Part shown: positions 51,714-61,290 of the stretch, one piece after another | How the letters are laid out: the number at the start of each line of letters is the position of its first letter | Numbering within the stretch: position 1 is the stretch's first letter | Virus record (IMG/VR): IMGVR_UViG_3300029908_000008 | Reading direction: 5' to 3' (one strand) | Length of the DNA: 64,000 nucleotides | DNA from: an uncultured virus (IMG/VR IMGVR_UViG_3300029908_000008) | Lineage: Duplodnaviria; Heunggongvirae; Uroviricota; Caudoviricetes | Program-made: the position numbers and the translations under genes | The notes under the pieces: model-generated | Seen by the model: the letters and a program-made list of their open reading frames with translations, nothing else | What the model was told of the DNA's origin: nothing | Databases searched by the model: none

Positions 51714-53312
51714 TTATTTCTCCTGTAGGAAGAATTGAGGCAGAGCCTCAGGGAATCCGACTTCAGCATCAGTGAGCATAAAACTATACTCTTTGGTCAA
51801 TTCAGGATACAAAGTAGACAATTCGGTCTTATTGATACCTGTGGAGGACACTAACTTAGAAACAAGAGCGTTAAACACTCGGAGTGATTGTGTATGAGTA
51901 TCATCAAAGAAATTCGCATTATTTGCATCATTATCCTTTGGATCAACCTTTTGAGTCAATTTCTCCATAAGTTCTAGTCCACGATTCGCGCCGTCAACAG
52001 TTAAGTTTGAATAAACAGGGACGTATTGAATGAACTCTTCCCAAATTTTAACATTCTCATCTTCGGTTGTGATTGGTCTGCTCATGAAACTCACAGCATG
52101 TAATTCAAAATCTTGCTTAGAATCTGAATTCTTAGTGTAATATTCTGCACTATAGTTTAATTTTCCAAATAATCCTGTAAAATCTTCCTCAGATAAAGGA
52201 TTCTTTGCACTATTTTCTAGTGTATAAATTCTAACGGCTTTGGCATCATCATCGCCATCCTTAAATTTCTCAGTGAAAGTAAGGAACTTCCCACTTACAA
52301 TTTCTCTAACTTGCTTAGACTCGGCGGCATCTGGATTTGTTTTCACATAATCAAGAATAACATCGCTATATTCTTTCACAGATCCAAAGTTATTGATAAT
52401 ATGGCTAAGAAATTCTTTTTCAAGGAGAGATTGTGCCAATACTTCTTTTGGATAATATGGAAGGAAGAAATCCATGTAGTTGGAGTTCTCGCGAATTACT
52501 TCATGAGCCTGGTGTCGATGACTATCATCTGTCATAAGCATTTTAGCCTTCTTTTTATCCTTTTTATCATAGGCTTGCTTAAGAAGCAAATGAATAGGAG
52601 GCGCTGAAAGTTGCTTATTTAATACTGAGACTGCTTGCATCAAACCTTTATTGTTAGGATCAAAAACATCCTTCAAATCTCCGCCCTCTTCGTATTCTTG
52701 AAGAGCATAGTCCAAATTACGAGGGCTGACTGCCGCTTGAATTTCTGGCTTCAATCCCTTCCACCACACGATTGCTGTTTCAGCCAGTTCTTCGCCGAAT
52801 CGCTTTGTCATATAGTTTTGGCAAAGATCATACGGTACTTGGCACTTGATATGAAACCGGTCAAATTGAGCCTTGTCAAGATCCTCAACATCATAAGAGT
52901 CCTCTGGATCTTGTGGGTTGATAGCGGCGATAACGCCCTTTAGCCTAGGAAGCGGAACACCGTTGATGGTGCCAAATTGAATAATTTCCATACAACCATT
53001 TCTAACTTTCTTTGGGGCTCGGTTGTATTCGTCAATGAAGAGATAATCAATATTTTCTAGTTCCTTTCGGTGAATAAATTGAAGATCTGCGCCATCATTA
53101 GTTTCTTGAATACGTGGAAGACCCACGAAGTCAAGATAAGGATCTAGTGTTGATCCTGGAAGGTAAAGGTAGTTGAAACCAACTCGCTTGAATGCTTCCC
53201 GTACAGCCGCAGTCTTTCCTACACCGCGTTCTCCAATGAACAAAATGTTCTTGCCGCGTCGAATCCAATCGTCGAGTTTTTGTGAATTAATGAGTTCTTT
53301 TGTTAATTTCAT
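51714..53312 (-). CDS. MoxR-like AAA+ ATPase
   Basis: GERGVGKT, IDEYNR, AAINP, DRF. Confidence 0.9.
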   Translation of the reverse strand: MKLTKELINSQKLDDWIRRGKNILFIGERGVGKTAAVREAFKRVGFNYLYLPGSTLDPYLDFVGLPRIQETNDGADLQFIHRKELENIDYLFIDEYNRAPKKVRNGCMEIIQFGTINGVPLPRLKGVIAAINPQDPEDSYDVEDLDKAQFDRFHIKCQVPYDLCQNYMTKRFGEELAETAIVWWKGLKPEIQAAVSPRNLDYALQEYEEGGDLKDVFDPNNKGLMQAVSVLNKQLSAPPIHLLLKQAYDKKDKKKAKMLMTDDSHRHQAHEVIRENSNYMDFFLPYYPKEVLAQSLLEKEFLSHIINNFGSVKEYSDVILDYVKTNPDAAESKQVREIVSGKFLTFTEKFKDGDDDAKAVRIYTLENSAKNPLSEEDFTGLFGKLNYSAEYYTKNSDSKQDFELHAVSFMSRPITTEDENVKIWEEFIQYVPVYSNLTVDGANRGLELMEKLTQKVDPKDNDANNANFFDDTHTQSLRVFNALVSKLVSSTGINKTELSTLYPELTKEYSFMLTDAEVGFPEALPQFFLQEK

Positions 53313-53342
53313 AGTCGTATTATAGTTTTTATTTTTGTTGGG
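53313..53342 (-). promoter_or_regulatory. conserved phage promoter motif
   Basis: CAACAAAAATAAAAACTATAAT-ACGACT-ATG. Confidence 0.75.
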
Positions 53343-53497
53343 ATTTTTATTTTCCCTGAAAATTTTATTAAGGTGATTTCCTTATTATTGTCGTTTGAAG
53401 AGAATTGAGTCGTATAAGAAAGTTTATCTTTCTTAGTTGGGAAATTAAGTTTTAAAAACTTATGCCCTATTATACTTTTTATTTTTGTTGAGATTTT

Positions 53498-53794
53498 TTA
53501 TTCTGAAATAATTTCTGAATTCACTCTTACTTGTTTAAGGGCTTCTTGGACTTGCTCACAATGAGCATATGTGGATTTGATGACTTCACAACTTCCTAGC
53601 GCGTCGATTTGTGTTGCGCAACTTTGAGCATAAGCCATATCACAGGGCAGTGAGATCATTAGCGTAGCAATAACCTCTAAGAAAGTCGTGGTGTCATTAT
53701 TAAACACGCGCAGGATATGATTGTCTCCTAAAGACGAAATATCGTCTATAAGAGATTGAGAAGGAGTTTGTGTAATTGTTTCTGTACTAGACAT
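53498..53794 (-). CDS. clpS: ClpS adaptor protein
   Basis: VFNNDTTTFLEVIATL...GSCEV. Confidence 0.8.
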   Translation of the reverse strand: MSSTETITQTPSQSLIDDISSLGDNHILRVFNNDTTTFLEVIATLMISLPCDMAYAQSCATQIDALGSCEVIKSTYAHCEQVQEALKQVRVNSEIISE

Positions 53795-53828
53795 GTTGGT
53801 ATTATATTTTTTATTTTTGTTGTGAAAA

Positions 53829-54059
53829 TTATTGTTTTAAATATTCTGGAATCAATTTTAATAATTGTAAGTATGCGTCACATATATCATCACATGTATA
53901 GCCATCGTGAAATTTAATTTTGTAACGCTGAGGCTTTATTTTTTTTACAATTAGGGCCTTTTTATTGTAATATTGACTTAACTTTGGCCAATTTGCTTGT
54001 TGATGTGGGCTATTACCAAATCTACATACAACTTCATCACCAATCTTAAAATTTTTCAT
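53829..54059 (-). CDS. CPEYLK-tail family small protein
   Basis: MKNFKIGD...IPEYLKQ; paralogue of 9604 gene. Confidence 0.85.
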   Translation of the reverse strand: MKNFKIGDEVVCRFGNSPHQQANWPKLSQYYNKKALIVKKIKPQRYKIKFHDGYTCDDICDAYLQLLKLIPEYLKQ

Positions 54060-54061
54060 AA

Positions 54062-54367
54062 TTATTGCTTTAAATATTCTGGACAATCATTAATAACTAT
54101 TTCCACATATTCTTTTAAAAAGATTTTATCTATACCTGGAAAAAAATTAACCTCGACACTCTTTTCTGTGATTCTAGTTATAGAACCGACTTTACTTATA
54201 AATGAGGATAATGATTCTAATGGCCCTAATTTGTAATGAATTCCAAGAATCCTTACTTTATCTCCAACTTTAAAATTTGGTATATTATACTTTTTATTTC
54301 TTTTGAGAAAATTATTTTTAATAATATTATTTTTGTTGAAAAAATTATTTTTAATAATACTCATCAT
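54062..54367 (-). CDS. CPEYLK-tail family small protein
   Basis: FKVGD...DCPEYLKQ; duplicated IIKNNF at N-terminus. Confidence 0.85.
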   Translation of the reverse strand: MMSIIKNNFFNKNNIIKNNFLKRNKKYNIPNFKVGDKVRILGIHYKLGPLESLSSFISKVGSITRITEKSVEVNFFPGIDKIFLKEYVEIVINDCPEYLKQ

Positions 54368-54579
54368 AATTTGTTATTGTTTAAATATTCTGGACTCTTC
54401 AATAAATAAAACCATTCCGGCTTACAATTACTATTGGGGAATTTTGACTTAAACATCACAACATAATATGGTTGGTTACTGTATTTATCGTGTTTTACAA
54501 TTTTGCCTACCTCACCATGATATGTGGGATTTGGTGTTAAATGATTAAATTTTATAATATCTCCAATTTTAAAATCCAT
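54364..54579 (-). CDS. CPEYLK-tail family small protein
   Basis: FKIGD...SPEYLN. Confidence 0.85.
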   Translation of the reverse strand: MDFKIGDIIKFNHLTPNPTYHGEVGKIVKHDKYSNQPYYVVMFKSKFPNSNCKPEWFYLLKSPEYLNNNKL

Positions 54580-54608
54580 GACTCATTATACTTTTTATTT
54601 TTGTTGAG
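54580..54608 (-). promoter_or_regulatory. conserved phage promoter motif
   Basis: CAACAAAAATAAAAAGTATAAT-GAGTC-ATG. Confidence 0.75.
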
Positions 54609-54630
54609 AAAAAATGTACAATAATCAACA

Positions 54631-55266
54631 ATGAACAAAAATTTACAATTTTTCTGGCTATGGTATAATGAAGATAGAAAGAACATTATAGATGAATATG
54701 GAGGACAATATTTAAATTTATCAACCCTTAAAATAGATTATCTACCTCAAGAATCACTACAAGAATCATGTATTTATTTTTCAAATATTGATGAATTATT
54801 TTTACCTAACACATCACATCTAGCATTTGCCAGTGCGAGATATAAAGAAAAATTCTCACAATGTTATAATGATCCTAACGTTATAAATTTAAGCCATGAC
54901 AAACTATTAGAAATCATTAGAAACAATTATACTGAAGATTATCTACCTTTTCATACCAACGGATATAATTGGTATAATAATTCTGAACTTTATCATCCTG
55001 GAATTAATAAGTTTATAGACAATTTTATAGAAATAATTGATTGTCATGAAGATGTCAAAACATACAATTTAGGTATGTCAAATTCTTTTATGATTCAAAA
55101 AGAATTATTTTTAACAAGCGCAGAGATATTTAGATATGGCGTAAAAGAATTATATAACTATTATAATGATATCGAATTTGGAGATTGCGGATTCAAAAAT
55201 CGTAAATTAGGATGCCTTTGGGAAAGACTTGCTGGAATATCAGTTTATGCCGCTATAAAATTATGA
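54631..55266 (+). CDS. possible glycosyltransferase-related protein
   Basis: NSFMI...R..GCLWERL pattern. Confidence 0.45.
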   Translation: MNKNLQFFWLWYNEDRKNIIDEYGGQYLNLSTLKIDYLPQESLQESCIYFSNIDELFLPNTSHLAFASARYKEKFSQCYNDPNVINLSHDKLLEIIRNNYTEDYLPFHTNGYNWYNNSELYHPGINKFIDNFIEIIDCHEDVKTYNLGMSNSFMIQKELFLTSAEIFRYGVKELYNYYNDIEFGDCGFKNRKLGCLWERLAGISVYAAIKL

Positions 55267-56021
55267 TTCAATTACTCGAAAAACTTACGAAAAACGACAA
55301 ACCTGTATTTATTATAAATTATAATTGGTACAAAATGCCAAAATCAATGTATGAAACATTTCTAAATCATAATTTAATACCAATAATTATTGATAATGGA
55401 AGCAATTATGAACCAACATTAGATTGGTATAATACAATTAAATATAATGTCATTAAAACACCAGATAATGTGTTAAAAGATCATAGGGTATTTTGGAATT
55501 TAAATATTTCACAATATATTAAATCAGATAATTTTGCTGTGACAGACCCTGATTTAGATGTATCAGATTTACCTATGGATTGGTTTGATGTATGTAAAAA
55601 TGCTTTAAAATATGCGCCAGGAATGATAAAAAAAGTTGGGCCTGGGTTATCATTAGACGGTTTACCAGTAGAAAGGGCATTTCATGAATATTTAGATGGG
55701 AGAGATGCGAGTACTCCTGATAAATGGGAAGCATGTAATTGGCAACAACATTTTAATGAGCATAGTTTTGTAGCCGGTATAGATACCACATTGGCCGTCT
55801 ATAGTCAGGAAAGGGAAAAGGTTCTTCCAAATGAACAATATTTTTTAAATGCCTTAAGAATGAAACCACCTTATGTATGTAAACATATACCGTGGTATTT
55901 TTCATTCGACAATATTGACTCAGAAATTATAAATTTTATTAAAACTGCAAATACCACATCATCTAACATGGCTAAATTTGCGAAAAATAAAGCGGAAAAT
56001 CTTGGTTTAAATATTTTTTAA
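55263..56021 (+). CDS. GT-A (family 2-like) glycosyltransferase
   Basis: IIDNGSNY, VTDPD and IDTT motifs. Confidence 0.75.
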   Translation: MIQLLEKLTKNDKPVFIINYNWYKMPKSMYETFLNHNLIPIIIDNGSNYEPTLDWYNTIKYNVIKTPDNVLKDHRVFWNLNISQYIKSDNFAVTDPDLDVSDLPMDWFDVCKNALKYAPGMIKKVGPGLSLDGLPVERAFHEYLDGRDASTPDKWEACNWQQHFNEHSFVAGIDTTLAVYSQEREKVLPNEQYFLNALRMKPPYVCKHIPWYFSFDNIDSEIINFIKTANTTSSNMAKFAKNKAENLGLNIF

Positions 56022-56023
56022 AT

Positions 56024-56047
56024 AAAAAAGGCCCCATTTCTGAGGCC
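56024..56047 (-). terminator. intrinsic terminator
   Basis: GGCC-ended hairpin plus T-run between convergent genes. Confidence 0.6.
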
Positions 56048-56071
56048 AAAATAATATATCTTAAAAAGATA

Positions 56072-57274
56072 TTAGTTCTGTCGATAAATATTATAGCCTC
56101 TATTGTAGGTTGAAGGAGTGTTAGCACCCTTAGAACCTGTAGCAATTGAATAACTATAAAGAACCGTATAGAATGTCTTGTATAGATCATAAAGATCACC
56201 AAGCATAAATGTGAGACGTGTCTTGATCCAGAGAATTCTTTGAGCCTTAAGGTTAGCAATGTAAACCTGTTGTGCGGCTGAAAGGTCTGCACCATTACCA
56301 GATCGGAATGCAAGAATCTGTTGCATTAAGTCACTCGCCACACGAATGTTAATGAAAAAGTCTCCCATTGTAGATGTTTGATAAACATTACGATCAGTAT
56401 CATTGTAATTAGTAGGAAGAGTAAGGTTAAGGTTCTGCAATGAAGAGAAGTTTACTGTGGCTGTGCCGAGAGTAAAGTTTGGACCTGTACCTTGTGAACC
56501 ATAGTTTGAACCTGTGGCCAGATAAGTAGCATTGCTAAATAACTGCTCCTGAGTGTAATATACGATTCGACCTGCATTAGAAGCAGGGTTAACGCCGACA
56601 CCCGCATTATCAGTCGTCGCGCCACTAAATGCTATAAATCCTTGTGGATATGCAATACCGGCTTCGTCAATTAATGTTTGAATTGGGTAGAGTGAAACTT
56701 GAGATCCAGTAGCCGAAGCCAAAGAACCTGTACCAACACTTGAACCAACTGGTTGCATAAGTCCGTTTAAGAATCCTATAGCAGAACCTGTCGATGTGGC
56801 CCAAGCACTTGGACCTGTTACAACACCAGTAAGAGCGCCAGAAAGAGTCAATGAAGCAAGACTTGCTACGCGGAAAAGGTTAGGACCAGTAGCAGAACCA
56901 GTGGAAGTTGGACTATAAACATATATACCATTAATAGTATTACCATATTGGTTTTGTACTCCTGGGTATCCAATCGGACCAGTAACGGTTGATCCTGTAG
57001 CGGATTGGTTAACAATTGCAACAACTGAGCCAAGAGTTAAACCTGAGAAAAAGTTGTTAGTATCATAAAAACCATATGTAGTAGCAGAACCGGAGTTCAA
57101 TCCATTAGCGGCTACGATAGGTGTAAGAGTAATTTGTGCTTGCACAATTCTTACAATTGTAATAAGATTATGTTTTAAAATTCTGTTGTGAATATCAAAA
57201 TATAGTTGTGCGTTATTAACTGGACCCGCTGAATAAGGACCAGTATTAGAATATGAGGATGGATAATTAGGCAT
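56072..57274 (-). CDS. probable virion structural protein (TGP/TGS-rich)
   Basis: 400 aa, G/S/T/A-rich, many TGP/TGS tripeptides. Confidence 0.6.
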   Translation of the reverse strand: MPNYPSSYSNTGPYSAGPVNNAQLYFDIHNRILKHNLITIVRIVQAQITLTPIVAANGLNSGSATTYGFYDTNNFFSGLTLGSVVAIVNQSATGSTVTGPIGYPGVQNQYGNTINGIYVYSPTSTGSATGPNLFRVASLASLTLSGALTGVVTGPSAWATSTGSAIGFLNGLMQPVGSSVGTGSLASATGSQVSLYPIQTLIDEAGIAYPQGFIAFSGATTDNAGVGVNPASNAGRIVYYTQEQLFSNATYLATGSNYGSQGTGPNFTLGTATVNFSSLQNLNLTLPTNYNDTDRNVYQTSTMGDFFINIRVASDLMQQILAFRSGNGADLSAAQQVYIANLKAQRILWIKTRLTFMLGDLYDLYKTFYTVLYSYSIATGSKGANTPSTYNRGYNIYRQN

Positions 57275-57421
57275 CTTCTTTCGTATCTCCAGACAGCAGT
57301 TGTGTCTTATAAGTATTCTTCAATATGATAAATAATATCACCTTTTTTATAAATAAAGGTTTTTTGTTATTTTTAAAAGAAATTAAAAACAGTGCCTTAT
57401 TTCATAGGAAAATAAAAAAAT

Positions 57422-57736
57422 ATGAGAAATCCAGAAAATATTTGCTATATAGTTGCGACCATTAAAAGAAAAAATTATGTCCAAAGGTCGCCGAACGATC
57501 CAGATCCTGAAGAAACTTTCCACATTACCTTTACTAAAAGAAATGAAGCCAATGCAGTTTTTAGGAAATTAGATGAAATTAAAAAAAGTTTAAATGAAGA
57601 AGACCAAGAACACTTTAATATTCATGTTTGGGGAAATTTTGAAATGGATATGTTTATGGTCGCGGGCCATTATTCAAGTTTAATTGTAGACGAAGATAGA
57701 TTTATAAATACAATTAAATTTAATTTAAATATTTAA
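57422..57736 (+). CDS. hypothetical protein
   Basis: 104-aa ORF followed by hairpin. Confidence 0.7.
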   Translation: MRNPENICYIVATIKRKNYVQRSPNDPDPEETFHITFTKRNEANAVFRKLDEIKKSLNEEDQEHFNIHVWGNFEMDMFMVAGHYSSLIVDEDRFINTIKFNLNI

Positions 57737-57740
57737 TAAA

Positions 57741-57772
57741 AAATTAACCGACTTTTTAGGGTCGGTTAATTT
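57741..57772. terminator. hairpin terminator between convergent genes
   Basis: AAATTAACCGAC/GTCGGTTAATTT 12-bp stem. Confidence 0.75.
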
Positions 57773-57859
57773 GAGTCTGAGGCTCAATAAAAAACAACAT
57801 CAAAAATGTTTTTTATTTTTTTTAATCATGCGCTTGTACATGACTAAAATCTTTTATTC

Positions 57860-58381
57860 TTATAATTTATAAGAGAGATAGAATCCAGGGTATACAACCA
57901 ACTTCTTTGTAATAGCGGTACTTAATACATCATTATCTAATGTAAGGCCTGGGAATCCAAGACTTGCGGAAAAGGACAATTGAGAGTTCTTAATAAGATT
58001 ATAAGAAACTGATAATCCAGACCACAATGTCTTAGTTCCAGAACTTGAAACTACAGTTCCAATCTCTAGAGGATTGGGGAGATCAGGAACATCGATTGCC
58101 AACATTTGGTAGTTTCCGCCTAAACTACCTGAAGGTTGTCGATCAAAATAATACGACAATGATAAAAGTGACGAATCAAAAGATTGTGTTTGTGATTGTG
58201 CGGTTACTTGACCAGGAACTGAAACTTGATATTTGGCGTGTGGTACATGTAAACTGAAACGTTGAGCCCAAGTTTGCTTAACTGGTGCGACGGTAGTAGA
58301 AACGGCTTGTTGTGCAAAAACACCAACAGCCATCAAGCCAAACATTGTAGATACAATTGCGATTTTAATTAAATTTTTCAT
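57860..58381 (-). CDS. secreted, possibly outer-membrane beta-rich protein
   Basis: signal peptide ending GVFA; C-terminal YLSYKL. Confidence 0.55.
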   Translation of the reverse strand: MKNLIKIAIVSTMFGLMAVGVFAQQAVSTTVAPVKQTWAQRFSLHVPHAKYQVSVPGQVTAQSQTQSFDSSLLSLSYYFDRQPSGSLGGNYQMLAIDVPDLPNPLEIGTVVSSSGTKTLWSGLSVSYNLIKNSQLSFSASLGFPGLTLDNDVLSTAITKKLVVYPGFYLSYKL

Positions 58382-58936
58382 ATTTATGTTTTCCTTTTAT
58401 ACTTATGTTTATTATACATGGTAGATTTTTTGTTTTTATCTACTTATGTTATAATATATTGTTTTATGTTAATGAACGTTACGATTTTATTAAATTTCTC
58501 CTAAATGATCGTGCGTCCAATGATGACGAATTGGTATGCCTTCTTTTTGAATCTCGTCCAGCATTTTTTCAAACTTTTGTGCTTCATCCTCCCAGATAAA
58601 TCCTGCAACAATCTCATTATTTTCAATAGCGAATGTAAACCATTCAGGATTATTAGAATTTTTTTCTAATGTAATGTACCTACAAATCCACACTTTAAAA
58701 ATACTTGCAGGAATATGGGTGATTTTCTTTTCTTTAAATCTTGGATTTGATTCCTTAGTAAAATTAATATAAGGTCGTCTTACATAATAAAGTGGCTTGT
58801 CTACACCGGATAAATCAGGCGTTTTATTTACCGGCACGATGGATTCATCATTTGTTGGCATTAAGTTTGTTTTCATAGTTTTAAGTTCAAAAACCTCTAA
58901 TTTGAGTTAATTGAGAGCCTATTATACTTTTTATTT

Positions 58937-59641
58937 TTATTGATAAATTTTTAATAATAATAAAATCGACATAATTATCAACACAATCTTAAAAAATATT
59001 AAATTATCTTTTAAATTAGAAATTTTAATATTTAATTTTCCTATTTCATCATATAGATCTATATTTGATTCATCAATATCATCAATACTTAATGACTCTA
59101 TTAACGAATCAATTTGTTTATCACTTCTATTTTCTAAGGCCCATTGTTTATGAATTTGATAATATTTAATAATATTATCTGAAAATATTTGACTTGAAAA
59201 AATCTTACAAATATTCCCCTGATTCCATGACCCTCCGCTAAAATTAGCCGATGCGAAAAAATTTAATGGCTCTCTTCCATCATTATAAATGATGGAAATA
59301 GTTTTGTGATGAAAAATCGCACCAGGGTTATCAGAATGAGCGCCTGCCGTAGTAAGAACAATACTACCATGTTTTAAATTATTCAGCATTCTTTTAGCAA
59401 GAACCCAAGCATTTTTTCCTCTAGTCTGCACATAGTCAGAAAGAATATTTACTGAAACACTATGACTATCCAATAATTCAAATTTTTCTACTAAAGGTTC
59501 TAGCGTAATTCCATATGCTAACACATAAACTTCAGATATTTTATTAATTTCATCAAAATGAGACAGTAGATCATTTTTTGCCAATTCATTATCTTCTGGT
59601 AACATGTACACTGTCTCATTATTTGATATATTTTTGAACAT
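58937..59641 (-). CDS. phospholipase D-like domain protein with C-terminal TM helix
   Basis: FHHK...SANFS motif. Confidence 0.7.
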   Translation of the reverse strand: MFKNISNNETVYMLPEDNELAKNDLLSHFDEINKISEVYVLAYGITLEPLVEKFELLDSHSVSVNILSDYVQTRGKNAWVLAKRMLNNLKHGSIVLTTAGAHSDNPGAIFHHKTISIIYNDGREPLNFFASANFSGGSWNQGNICKIFSSQIFSDNIIKYYQIHKQWALENRSDKQIDSLIESLSIDDIDESNIDLYDEIGKLNIKISNLKDNLIFFKIVLIIMSILLLLKIYQ

Positions 59642-59650
59642 AATTTATTA

Positions 59651-59851
59651 TTAATAAAATTTTAGTATTTCTTTAATCTTGCCATCTCCATTATAAATAT
59701 GAAGTTCTCCACTTTTACTGGAAGCCTGACTTTTTGCATTAGACAAGGCTTGGAAATAGTTAGTAAACATAATTTTCCCCGGTTCAATAACCCACTGATT
59801 TTGACTAGTTTTATATTTTAATTTTACTTTGAATCTAACAACATTATTCAT
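59651..59851 (-). CDS. DUF2188-like protein
   Basis: W.I...A...A...ELHIYNGDGKI. Confidence 0.6.
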   Translation of the reverse strand: MNNVVRFKVKLKYKTSQNQWVIEPGKIMFTNYFQALSNAKSQASSKSGELHIYNGDGKIKEILKFY

Positions 59852-59941
59852 TTTATTTGGCCTCCTTTGCTTACGAATTAAGCAAAATTGACCAATATTA
59901 TTATTGAATATTAATGGTCAATTACATCATATTTAATTAAC

Positions 59942-60478
59942 TTAACTCGCATCATTATTATTATACATTTTTTTGAACAATTCTATGACATTTTTCTCAT
60001 ATTCTTCATATGATCCATTATTTTCTATTACATAATTAAATTGATGATTGTCAAGTGATATTTCCGAAGGGTCCTGATCGCCATCATTTGTCGAATCTCT
60101 AATAACATTAATTGTTAAGCCACCGAGATTTTCAATTTTATTTTTTTCTTCTGGATATCGCATATCTGTGATAATATATATAGTGTTTATATCTGTTAAA
60201 TCATCTAATACTTGGTCAGCCCAATAATATTTATCTACAAAATTTCTAATGAAATTAGCATACGAACTCATACCTGGCCTTAACAAAGATTTAGTATTGG
60301 GATTATCTAATATAGATATATCAAAACCATGTTCTTCATATAAAGAAGACCATAACTTAAATTTTACAGCATCTGCAAATGCACGTCTTTGAATTCTAAG
60401 TGCAGGGAATGCATCTTTTACTATTTTATAAAAAGAATCCTTACCTACTTGTTTTTTATAACCAATAGCAATTATCAT
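59942..60478 (-). CDS. deoxynucleoside monophosphate kinase
   Basis: GYKKQVGKD, FADAVK, ITDMRYPEE, IENNG. Confidence 0.88.
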   Translation of the reverse strand: MIIAIGYKKQVGKDSFYKIVKDAFPALRIQRRAFADAVKFKLWSSLYEEHGFDISILDNPNTKSLLRPGMSSYANFIRNFVDKYYWADQVLDDLTDINTIYIITDMRYPEEKNKIENLGGLTINVIRDSTNDGDQDPSEISLDNHQFNYVIENNGSYEEYEKNVIELFKKMYNNNDAS

Positions 60479-60835
60479 ATATAATAATATAATAATATAA
60501 TAATATAATAATTACTAAAATCTATCTAATATAATGAATTTTAATATTATCAGGATTATCTAATAAAAACAAACATTGGATATTGGGCTTACTTTTAGCG
60601 ATCTCTCTTGCTTCGTCAAAAGTATAGTTAGAAACAAAAATACCTGGAAATTGTGTGGCTAATAACGTCTTGATTTCAAGCGCATTTTTAATGTTTTCAA
60701 AACATGAAACGCCATTCAATTCCTCAAAAGTGTGACAAAAATGTTTACCGCCTAGTTCTAATAACCAAAGGTTTTCAGGAAAACTATTATCCAATCCTAA
60801 TATAGGATTATCCATATTTTTAATTTCATTCATTA

Positions 60836-61276
60836 TTAATTATATTTTTTAGATTCTAAACGATCATGTAACTGCTGTAACTCAATGTCAATTTCTTCAA
60901 CCCTGTTCCATAGGATATCTCTTCGTTCTTCGGTAGATGGATTCGACTCCTTTAGAAGCATTTTATATTCAGTGTTGTAGGCTTCGCGCTCTAATTTTAA
61001 ATTTTTAATTATTTCACTAACCTGTAAAGGGTCATCATCATTAAATTCTTCTCCATATCCTGGCATTTCTTCTCCATGAATTGCATTAAATAATTTAGTA
61101 TCTTCTAAATCTTCATCAGACCCAATATAATCCATGATTCTACGAAATTCAGGGGAATCAGAGTAGTCTCTAGAAAGCCTGTACATAAAATTATCAAATT
61201 TATCAGATTTTTTAAATTGATTAGTTCTATCTAACTCATTACATAATTTATTAATTATTTTAATAATTTGTTTCAT
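60836..61276 (-). CDS. hypothetical protein with shared N-terminal leader
   Basis: INKLCNELDRTNQFKKSDKFD. Confidence 0.65.
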   Translation of the reverse strand: MKQIIKIINKLCNELDRTNQFKKSDKFDNFMYRLSRDYSDSPEFRRIMDYIGSDEDLEDTKLFNAIHGEEMPGYGEEFNDDDPLQVSEIIKNLKLEREAYNTEYKMLLKESNPSTEERRDILWNRVEEIDIELQQLHDRLESKKYN

Positions 61277-61290
61277 AATACTATTATTTA

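Larger units (their letters stand above)
483..54579 (-). repeat. Dispersed 20-30 bp repeat family (consensus AATTGTCCAGAATATTTAAAACAATCATGA), about 70 exact or degenerate copies at 3' ends of small genes
   Basis: + strand ttttaaatattctggacaa recurs throughout; identical 30-mers at 31494, 42311 and 42735. Confidence 0.95.

Noticed and set aside
951..54086. MSRIFK as a conserved N-terminal peptide
   Set aside because: It is the tail repeat read in another frame from a TTG; real ATGs usually follow 6-9 codons later, overlapping the upstream stop.
483..54579. CRISPR array interpretation of the recurring repeat
   Set aside because: The intervals are 180-300 bp coding genes, the repeats are degenerate and in frame, and no cas genes are present.
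60478..60512. Short ATAAT tandem repeat
   Set aside because: Low-complexity slippage, probably of a TATAAT box; no further structure.
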